Source: Macrostomum lignano
Lineage: Eukaryota
Assembly: GCA_002269645.1 (NCBI GenBank)
Contig: NIVC01003045.1
Location: 1-64,000 of the forward strand
Length of the DNA stretch: 64,000 nt
Direction of reading: 5' to 3'
Of this stretch, positions 54,397 to 64,000 are shown piece after piece. Numbering within the stretch: position 1 is the first letter of the stretch; every line of letters begins with the position of its first letter. A model generated the notes under the pieces. The model made no database searches and was not told the origin of the DNA. It worked only from the letters and a program-made list of their open reading frames with translations. Position numbers and translations under genes: made by a program.

Positions 54397-54899
54397 ACCG
54401 TCTTCTCATGGGGGAAGGATCAGATCGTATGACTATATGGATGGCTGCCAGCCGTCTATGACCAGACTATGACCGACAGATCGCCCTTCAGGTTGTCCCG
54501 CCCATGCATATTGATAACTTTTTGGTAGTGCTATATTTAGAGATGGGGTAAGGACCCAAATGTGCCCCATCGATAGCTATAAGGTGCAAATATTGATCAT
54601 CGGGTTATTGCATGACCCACTGGCTGCGGCCGGAGCCCCGCCTGGGATGGGTATCAAAGGGTTGGAGCTTAATTAGCGGCGAGCAGCATGCAGCCGAATA
54701 GCTAATAGGAATCTGCTTGGGCACAAATCGAGAACTCCGGGATCATACAGACGGATTTTTATAAGGGGATCTTTTAAGGCTGTGATGACATACGGTTCAG
54801 ATTGCAAAAAGTACATGTAGTGTATAGAGAACACGTAGAACAGCTATACGTGTACATCTAGTTTGGATTGATCAATGGGTTCGGGCCTGGCTCCTCATA

Positions 54900-55160
54900 T
54901 GAAAGGTAATTTCCTCTCCACATGGAGCACCAGACCGCTGATGTGATGAACCACTGCTGGCAGCGTGCGTCTGCGTCGTGGCATGTCAGGTCCGCTGATA
55001 CGTCAGCAGACACAGTCAGCATCTCGGTCTTCAATATGCTGTCAACGCTTGAACCCACCTCTTTCTGTGCTTTCAACAGACGAGAAAAAGAGGCTGAGGT
55101 CGCCAGCGTTGCCAAACAAGCTCAGGTGTTTTTTGCCGCTGTGGCGAACGATGCGTCTCC
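54900..55160 (-). mobile_element. Short older RTE-like fragment
   Basis: catgtcaggtccgct...cacagtcagca aligns with 53985-54020 of the neighbouring LINE fragment. Confidence 0.6.
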
Positions 55161-55189
55161 ACAACAGATAAAAAAGCAGGAAGAAATCT

Positions 55190-56330
55190 CTCCATTTCAG
55201 CATTCGAGGTGTGCCACGAAGCTCACAGATGTTCAATTGAAAATATATTTTTTGTGTAAGGTCTACTCAGATGTTATATTGCAAAAATGCTTTAAGTTTA
55301 ATTTTAAAAAGATTTTCCTTACTGTAGTATGCATTTGATTTTTTTGTACAGTCACCATCTACGTCGTAAATTCTAAAGAAAATTCACTCCATTTCAGCAT
55401 TCGAGGTGTGCCACGAAGCTCACAGATGTTCAATTGAAAATATATTTTTTGTGTAAGGTCTACTCAGATGTTATATTGCAAAAATGCTTTAAGTTTCATT
55501 TTAAAAAGATTTTCCTTGCTGTAGTATGCATTTGATTTTTTTGTACAGTCACCATCTACGTCGTAAATTCTAAAGAAAATTCACTCCATTTCAGCATTCG
55601 AGGTGTGCCACGAAGCTCACAGATGTTCAATTGAAAATATATTTTTGGTGTAAGGTCTACTCAGATGTTATATTGCAAAAATGCTTTTAGTTTAATTTTA
55701 AAAAGATTTTCCTTGCTGTAGTATGCATTTGATTTTTTTGTACAGTCACCATCTACGTCGTAAATTCTAAAGAAAATTCACTCCATTTCAGCATTCGAGG
55801 TGTGCCACGAAGCTCACAGATGTTCAATTGAAAATATATTTTTTGTGTAAGGTCTACTCAGATGTTATATTGCAAAAATGCTTTTAGTTTAATTTTAAAA
55901 AGATTTTCCTTGCTGTAGTATGCATTTGATTTTTTTGTACAGTCACCATCTACGTCGTAAATTCTAAAGAAAATTCACTCCATTTCAGCATTCGAGGTGT
56001 GCCACGAAGCTCACAGATGTTCAATTGAAAATATATTTTTTGTGTAAGGTCTACTCAGATGTTATATTGCAAAAATGCTTTTAGTTTAATTTTAAAAAGA
56101 TTTTCCTTGCTGTAGTATGCATTTGATTTTTTTGTACAGTCACCATCTACGTCGTAAATTCTAAAGAAAATTCACTCCATTTCAGCATTCGAGGTGTGCC
56201 ACGAAGCTCACAGATGTTCAATTGAAAAGATATTTTTTGTGTAAAGTCTACTCAGATGTTATATTGCAAAAATGCTTTTAGTTGAATTTTAAAAAGATTT
56301 TCCTTACTGTAGTATGCATTTGATTTTTTG
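55190..56330. repeat. 197-bp AT-rich satellite (~5.8 units)
   Basis: tccatttcag recurs at 55191, 55388, 55585, 55782, 55979 and 56176. Confidence 0.95.
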
Positions 56331-58309
56331 TTTATTTATTTTCGTGGAACTGAACGTGGAACTAAAAATCCGGTCATTAAATTGAGAGTCAGCCTTTTGA
56401 CAGGGCTTACTTATTTTAATCATCTAAACATTTATGGATATTAAATAAACAAATAATTACCATGCGGTGAGGGTTTTATTGTATATTTTAGCTGTAAATG
56501 AACTTTTAGAAGCTATTTATAACATATAAAATTTATCAATTACCGAGAGCGTTTTGAAATAAAAGTTCTTTTATTTTATATTTTCGAGGAACGGGACACT
56601 TTAAATTCCTACTACGGATCTAGAATTTCGTTAATCAAGGTAGTCAAAGGCCTAGTCTTCGAACTTGAAGACGCTTGAGCTTGAGCATGCTCGGCCTTCT
56701 TATCCCTATTGATCTAATTAATCCGATTATTGATTTGAGCACTAATCCAAACTAAGGACTACTTCAGTAGAAGGACGGGAAACTACGTTTCTTGGAAATA
56801 TAGGAAGCAGGTTTTAACTAAAAATGCATTAAACTAAAGTAACTAGACAATGGAGGTTTTCATTTTTTATTTCATTTAAAAGTGGGAATGCAGAATGATA
56901 TAGCTTGAAAGCTTTGTCTTTGACATTAAGTCTATTAGTCAGGTTGTAGAATTAGTCAGTTTTCAGTCAGTGTAGAGAGGAGCAGATGCATTAGACATAA
57001 CTCAAACAACTCATTTACTTACCAGGGTAATGGATGCCAAAAACTGTGCCTTTTTAAGAACCAGTTAATAGTTTTAAAAACTGGTTTGCTCATCATTTTT
57101 TTTTAAAGAACAAAATATGCATAGAACTTATATACTATTATATATTTGCCTTATTTTTAATGTTTATCTGTTGCTGCCTAAAGCATGTTATTTTTCTTAA
57201 CAACTATCTAACTAATTAATAATAATGTTGTCAGTTTTGCAAATAATGTGATTAAATGAACTTTTATTACTTTATAATAATAATCAGTTTGTGTGTAGGC
57301 CTAAATTGTCCTGCATAGACATTTTTTTGCATTTGAAGTTTTTTTAGGCTAGGCCGAATGACAATAGAAAAATTAGCATTTTTTACTACTTTGCAAGAGA
57401 ACAAAACTTTGTTTTATTTTTTTACTTTTGTTTTATTTTTTCTTGTTTTATTATCCAAAATGGCATATAAACAAGAGGAAACAATGGTCTCCTTGCTAGA
57501 TCTTTCTACAACCCTAATAACAGTACTAATGGTTTAGATAAATGGCAAGAATAAATACCTTTTCATCTAATTAGTAATAATTAGATGGGCATTTTTGCGA
57601 TTATAGAGAAAAAAGCCTAAAAACTAGAGAATATTTAATTGGAGTTAAATTGAAGCAGTAAGTGGGCGCTAGGCCCAAACTGATATATTTATACTAGACA
57701 AACTTTGGGGGTTAAGCCCATAATAATGAGAGGGGTGGAGTGTGCGACTGAAGAGAAAGGTGAGAATGGAGAGCCAATCAGAAGGCAGTAAGGGAAAAAG
57801 ATAGGAATAACAAGATTGAGCTAGACAGAGAGAGAAAACAGAATAAACAGAGAAAAATGAAGGTGAACTAAAAAATGACTAGGAACGTTGCAACAACAAC
57901 TTAACAGTAAGAATACCAAGCCATTTTTCTGCGCATCAAACTACCAAGAGGGGGGAAACCCCCCCCTGACAATTTTTTTTGTCAGAGAAATTTGCATCAG
58001 GGTATCCATAGTCACTTGGTGTCATCTGTGACTTGGTGACAGTGTCGGGATGATGATAGAATGCTTAAGAGACTAGTTGAGAATGTCTAGCAGTTGAGGC
58101 TTGCCCACTGTCAAGGCTTGATTGGTGAAACTCGAGAAATTTGCATCAAGGTGTTCATAGTCACCTGGTGCCACCTGTTGAAGGTCTAGAAGCTCTGTCT
58201 CAGTGAAGGCCAGTAACCAACAAAGTTAGAACTAATGCAGACAGGTGTTCGACATGTTGATGAAATTTGGAGGCTTGGCAAGGCTGCACTGAGGCGCAGT
58301 GCTAATTGG

Positions 58310-59551
58310 TACATAGGGGTGTATTGAATACACTGGCGCTTATAGGAAAGATCCGACCTTTCGGCAGAATTGTCAAATATCTCGATGGTCCAAAGGGCTA
58401 GGGACTGGATTCTTGTTTGAGAAGGTGTGCAACAAAAAGTTAGCCTGTGTTCTTGAATTTCGTGTGCCTGCGTTGCTCTATTCCAGCATAGCAAAAAAAT
58501 TGTTAGGGGGTAGGAAAATTCCCCCCCCCCTCTTGGTAGTTCTACTGTTAATCTGAGCTTCTTCAGAGACAAGATGTAATGCTCTACATTGACAGTTGTG
58601 TTTGGCTCTAGAAAGTTGATAGTCAGAAGGCCATGGCAATCAAAAAAGCAGCAGCATCAGCTTCTGGCAATGAACTTCTTGATAAGCCTTGCTTGGAAGG
58701 TCGGAACCCCTTATTGCCCAGACCTTTGACTCTTCTTTTGTTGGGGGGTCAAAGTGAGGCAGCCAGGTTTCATCACCTGTGACAATGAGCTGTCAAAAGG
58801 CCTCCTACCTGCCTCGCTCTTTGAGAAACCTGAGATTGCTCTTGTACATGTTCTGTTGCTGTGCTTTTATCTCCAGTGTGAGAAGCCTCGAAACCCACCT
58901 GGCACTGAGCTTGATGAGATCTATGCTGCAGATGCAATGATAAACTATGGACTTTGGCATATCTAGTCTGTTAACAATTTCCCTGATGGTAAGGCAAGCA
59001 TCATCTTCAAACAGATCCAAAATTTGATTGCTCAAAGTCTTGGATGTGGACATCCTTGGCTGACCACATTTTGGCCATGCCGTCACATTGGTTCAACCAG
59101 CCTCAAACTCTTCAATCTACCAGTAAATCGTGCTCTTGATCACTGTGTGCTATTTATGGATATACTGCAGTTTACTTAAAATCTCCAATCCATTGTGTCC
59201 AAGGCTCCATAGAGTAAAAATGGCATGGTACTACCCCTTTTTTGAGTGGATGTCCAACATGTTGGCACAAACTTTGTTGCTTCAGAAGCGCAAGTTGACA
59301 AGATGTCTGGCTTAGCTGTGCCATCCATGTAAAGCTTAGTATCAGCTGGCTTTAATGATACTGCATATGTTCATAGTTTTGGTATTCAGCCCATAGACAT
59401 GCGTTACTATATCTTATCTTATTAACATAATTCAAAATATATTGCATAGATAGATAAAGCCACTTTAATGAAATGTCAATGTCATTTATGTATCTGACTC
59501 TAGCTATGAACTATGTTGAAAAGTCCCACTACTTTTTGGACACCCCTTGTA
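58310..59551 (-). mobile_element. Decayed Tc1/mariner (mariner-type) DNA transposon
   Basis: Minus-strand translation gives KLSARWVSRLLT, IVTGDETW and FFDCHGLLTINFLEP, with stops and frameshifts. The TIR TACAAGGGGTGTCCAAAAAGT lies at 59551-59531, with a degenerate counterpart near 58310; length ~1.24 kb. Confidence 0.85.
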
Positions 59552-59879
59552 AATCAGTTTTTTGGTCAAAAGGATCATAGTCCTAATGTAAATTTCCCAT
59601 AAAGAAACCCAAAATATTTCTTTCATAAAAAATAGAATAATTTTTTTATTCCTCAACCAAATTTAACAAATGAGGCCATTTTAGACTTCTGTCACTTAGA
59701 TCTATCTAGCTAAGAAATAAAAATTATAGAAATATAAAATTTCAAGATCTCACTGGAGTCCCTAGATATAGCATTCTTGTTTTCATATAAAATATTAATA
59801 CAAATTACATGAATAATTGCAAACTAATTGGACTTAGGAATGAAAGGAAATATATTGAAATCTAGGCTGAAGTCTTAGA

Positions 59880-60400
59880 TTGTAGATAAAACAGGTGCCT
59901 AATAGTTCCCACTATTTAGTAGGCTTGCTTTAGCATGCCTAGCTCTACTACCTAGTAACAATGATAGTAAACAAGCATTCTTAGACTTGGTAAACATCCT
60001 GACAAATAAGCGCAATTGCCTGTCAGGTGATATGATCAGAGCAGCCTTGCAAGTAAAGTACAACCTCAAATCAGCAATAAAGCTTAAGCTATGGCTTCAA
60101 TTTTAGCAAATCACTTATTGTTGTTGCATGAACTGCGTCCCAACATTATAGGCAAAGAGAATGCAAATGGCATGCTTTAGAAGCAGAGGCAAATATTAAG
60201 AAGAGGTGAGAATTAGAGAAGGCCTAGCATCAATGCCTGCAAGCAGAGATTTGGAAGGCCAAAGAGCAGCAGCAGAAGAAAAAGAACTGAGTAAACAAGA
60301 GGCTACTGCCACTGCTATGCTGCAGGTGTATCAAGAAGCAACGAAAAACATTCAACAGCTATGCAAGGGTCTTGCTGCCAGTGCTAAGAAGCAAAAGTAA
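59880..60400 (+). mobile_element. hAT-family transposase C-terminal (dimerisation domain) remnant
   Basis: Translates as DKTGA**FPLFSRLALACLALLPSNNDSKQAFLDLVNILTNKRNCL, resembling the hAT FP.L...L.LP.SNA.ER.FS...T..RN.L motif; contains in-frame stops. Confidence 0.65.
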
Positions 60401-61818
60401 CTTTGTGTAACTTTGTGAACATGTGAGACTGTCACACTAGACACCATCCCAGACAGCTACCCATCCTTTCCTGCCTAGAGTTAGGCAAGGCCATTTAATA
60501 TTCAAGCAATTTAATTTATAAGTTTCATTTCATATTTTTATTTCTATTTTAAAGTTTTATATTTTTCTCATAATTGTAGGTTTCTTGTCTATCCTTGTTG
60601 AAATTTTCAATCTTCTACAAAATCTTGTAATAAAATCTGCCATTGTACTTTTTTAAAATGCTTAATTAGGCTTCAATTCAATTAGGCTATTCAGTCAATA
60701 TTGTAATCGTATGTACTTAACTCTTTCTTTGGCTAGACTAAAATAGTCTGAAGTTCAAAAACCTTAAATGTATTCATATCCATCATTAAAATATAATTTA
60801 TATGAAATATAATCTACCAAAATTCTGAAAATGGGTTAGGTGCAAGTGCCATGCCACAAGTTCTTTTGTGGCAAGAATTACAACAATAAGAAACAACAAT
60901 TAATTGAGATGACCGGATTTTCAGTTCTCGGTTCAGTTCCGAAATTTAAATTAATTCACTCCGGATTGCCTCTAAATAGTTAGTGTATAAACAAAGTAAA
61001 AACATTTCTGCTCCAATTGCACTTAAACATCAAATAAAAAGCATTGCCATTGCAAGAGATTTTTAAATTATATTATTTTTTTATGATAGTTTTAAATTTT
61101 ATTGTATTTTTTTCGTCAGTCATTTTAGCGCGCATATGAAACTTATGCACACGAAATTCAAAAGCACATTGCTTTGGAAGTGCTTTGAATGAGAATACAC
61201 TAAGGCAAAGGCAGTGGCGCAACCAGGTGGGGGCGGGGGGCGGTCTGGTGCCCCCAGGTCTGAGACCCAAAAAATCAAAGAATCAAAGGGGGGACCAAGC
61301 GAACTTTCGCCAAAACAGAGCCACCCCGTCCGCCCCACCTCCCGGGACTTTACCCTCCAGAATCCGCCCCCTCATAAAATTTCTGGTTGCACTACTGAAC
61401 GAAAGTTTCCTTACACACCCTCTCTTCAATATAAATTTATAATTATATTATATTTCAATATAAAATTATAATATTAATTACATATTATAATTATAATTAT
61501 AATTATAATTTTACTTACATGTATATTAATTATATAATTAAAAAAGATATTTAATTTATCTGCACTTTCTTTAAAAATTTAACCTCATAAAAATAAAATA
61601 TAAGCATTAAAAGTCATGCTCAAATGTCTTTTGCTGAGCAAAACTGTCACTCTATAATGATGGTATTAAATATTTACGCGTAGATGAACTTTGTTTTAGT
61701 TTTTAGTTACTCTTAAGACTAGAAAAAAAATCACCTGGGACTATATGAAGTATAACTTGTTTCAACTAATTGTTTTACTTAAATGAATAAAAAATATATA
61801 CACTGTAAAAGTTAGCTC

Positions 61819-62800
61819 ATAACAGCAACAACAACAACAAATTATATGCAGCTAGCAATCAAAGTCACAGAGCAGGGTGCTTCAGATGGCGCGCCGCAGA
61901 GCCTGAGAGCGGACGAAGTCCGCTCCGTTGGCAGTGTCGGGCGCCCTGGCGTCGCGTACGTAGGAGGCAGTCCACGTATCGACGGGTTTGGGCCTGACCC
62001 CGCCTGAGCGGGCCCTGCAGAGTGAGCAACAGGACGTCCTGAACAGGTTGGGGGCAGTAGCCCTCGGCCCGGATCACGTACGTGGCCCGCCAGTTGAAGT
62101 CGCCGCCGGCGCAGGATGGTGGACGGGCGCTGCAGCTTGGCCCGATCGTACAGGGCCTCAGTCCCGACGCTCTCGTCAGCTCGAAAGGTCGCACGGAGCA
62201 GCCCTGAATGCGCCGAGTCCAGCTGCCGCTCTAAGCGTAGCCGTCAGTGTCCACGTCTCGGCGTTGTAGAGCACACCGCCTGCCACAGCCGACGAGCCCT
62301 CTGGCGGTCGGGCAGCGCTTCGGACTGGACGTCGGCCCGGATCGAACGGAAGGCCGCCCAGGCAAGTCCTCGGCGCCGCCCGATCGAGGTCTTCGTCCAC
62401 GTGAGGCACCAGACAGCCGAGTAGGTGATCCCGCTGGTAGCGTGCGCGCGAGCGTGGTCATCTGCCCGTCTGCGAGGCGACATGTCAGGTCCGCTAGCGC
62501 TGGGATGTCGGCCGGCACAGTCAGCACCTAGGTCTTTAGCGTGTTTACAACCAGTTCCGACGCTCAATGCCACCTTGACCAACCTGTCGATCTGGCGGGA
62601 TGCCACCTTGAACGGATGAGGACAGGAGGGCGAGTTCGTCGGCGTAGCCAAGCAAATAATAATAAGGCGCTTTTCGCCGTGGCGGCGACCGATGCGTCTG
62701 CGCAGCGCAGGAAGCCGTCGTTAGCCGAGGAGACTGCGGTCCGAAGCACCCAGTGGCAGCAGCACGAAGAGAAACGGCGCCAAAGTGTCGCCATGCAGAA
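61819..62800 (-). mobile_element. Duplicate of the degenerate RTE-like fragment at 53310-54290
   Basis: Same sequence at +8509. Confidence 0.85.
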
Positions 62801-62850
62801 CTCCTGATGAAGTGTCGAACTGATGATGATTTACATGTATGTAATCGCCC

Positions 62851-62907
<57 letters not shown>

Positions 62908-63700
62908 ACCGTCTTCTCATGGGGGAAGGATCAGATCGTATGACTATATGGATGGCTGCCAGCCGTCTATGACCAGACTATGACCGACAGATCGCCCTTC
63001 AGGTTGTCCCGCCCATGCATATTGATAACTTTTTGGTAGTGCTATATTTAGAGATGGGGTAAGGACCCAAATGTGCCCCATCGATAGCTATAAGGTGCAA
63101 ATATTGATCATCGGGTTATTGCATGACCCACTGGCTGCGGCCGGAGCCCCGCCTGGGATGGGTATCAAAGGGTTGGAGCTTAATTAGCGGCGAGCAGCAT
63201 GCAGCCGAATAGCTAATAGGAATCTGCTTGGGCACAAATCGAGAACTCCGGGATCATACAGACGGATTTTTATAAGGGGATCTTTTAAGGCTGTGATGAC
63301 ATACGGTTCAGATTGCAAAAAGTACATGTAGTGTATAGAGAACACGTAGAACAGCTATACGTGTACATCTAGTTTGGATTGATCAATGGGTTCGGGCCTG
63401 GCTCCTCATATGAAAGGTAATTTCCTCTCCACATGGAGCACCAGACCGCTGATGTGATGAACCACTGCTGGCAGCGTGCGTCTGCGTCGTGGCATGTCAG
63501 GTCCGCTGATACGTCAGCAGACACAGTCAGCATCTCGGTCTTCAATATGCTGTCAACGCTTGAACCCACCTCTTTCTGTGCTTTCAACAGACGAGAAAAA
63601 GAGGCTGAGGTCGCCAGCGTTGCCAAACAAGCTCAGGTGTTTTTTGCCGCTGTGGCGAACGATGCGTCTCCACAACAGATAAAAAAGCAGGAAGAAATCT

Positions 63701-64000
63701 CTCCATTTCAGCATTCGAGGTGTGCCACGAAGCTCACAGATGTTCAATTGAAAATATATTTTTTGTGTAAGGTCTACTCAGATGTTATATTGCAAAAATG
63801 CTTTAAGTTTAATTTTAAAAAGATTTTCCTTACTGTAGTATGCATTTGATTTTTTTGTACAGTCACCATCTACGTCGTAAATTCTAAAGAAAATTCACTC
63901 CATTTCAGCATTCGAGGTGTGCCACGAAGCTCACAGATGTTCAATTGAAAATATATTTTTTGTGTAAGGTCTACTCAGATGTTATATTGCAAAAATGCTT
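63701..64000. repeat. 197-bp satellite, second array (truncated by the window end)
   Basis: Same unit as 55190-56330. Confidence 0.93.

Larger units (their letters stand above)
60898..64000 (+). repeat. Near-identical direct duplicate of 52389-~55490 (offset 8509; 8511 after the TA tract), running off the window end
   Basis: Identical ORF sets at a constant offset; the only difference seen is the (TA)n length. Confidence 0.95.

Overview
Eukaryotic, intron-containing, extremely repeat-rich animal DNA. The Post2 homeodomain makes it a lophotrochozoan; composition and minisatellite load suggest a free-living flatworm such as Macrostomum (inference only). The core is a broken Hox-cluster remnant. 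A three-exon Post2 gene (minus strand, 6474-9504) and a three-exon Hox3 gene (plus strand, 41923-48511) are transcribed divergently about 32 kb apart, with no other homeobox between them. A miR-993-like hairpin (miR-10 family; minus strand, ~32262-32353), not visible in the ORF track, lies ~9.6 kb upstream of Hox3, on the side where protostome Hox clusters carry miR-993. About 45% of the Post2-Hox3 interval (hand tally) is more than 20 unrelated micro/minisatellite arrays separating short unique islands with homeodomain-type motifs. Left of Post2 are two tandem divergent TRPV-like channel genes that share an almost identical ankyrin region but have diverged membrane domains. Right of Hox3 is a transposon-rich region: RTE-like LINE fragments, a decayed mariner, a hAT remnant, a 197-bp satellite and an 8.5-kb-offset near-identical duplication. 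Most long ORFs in the supplied track are artefacts of tandem repeats.
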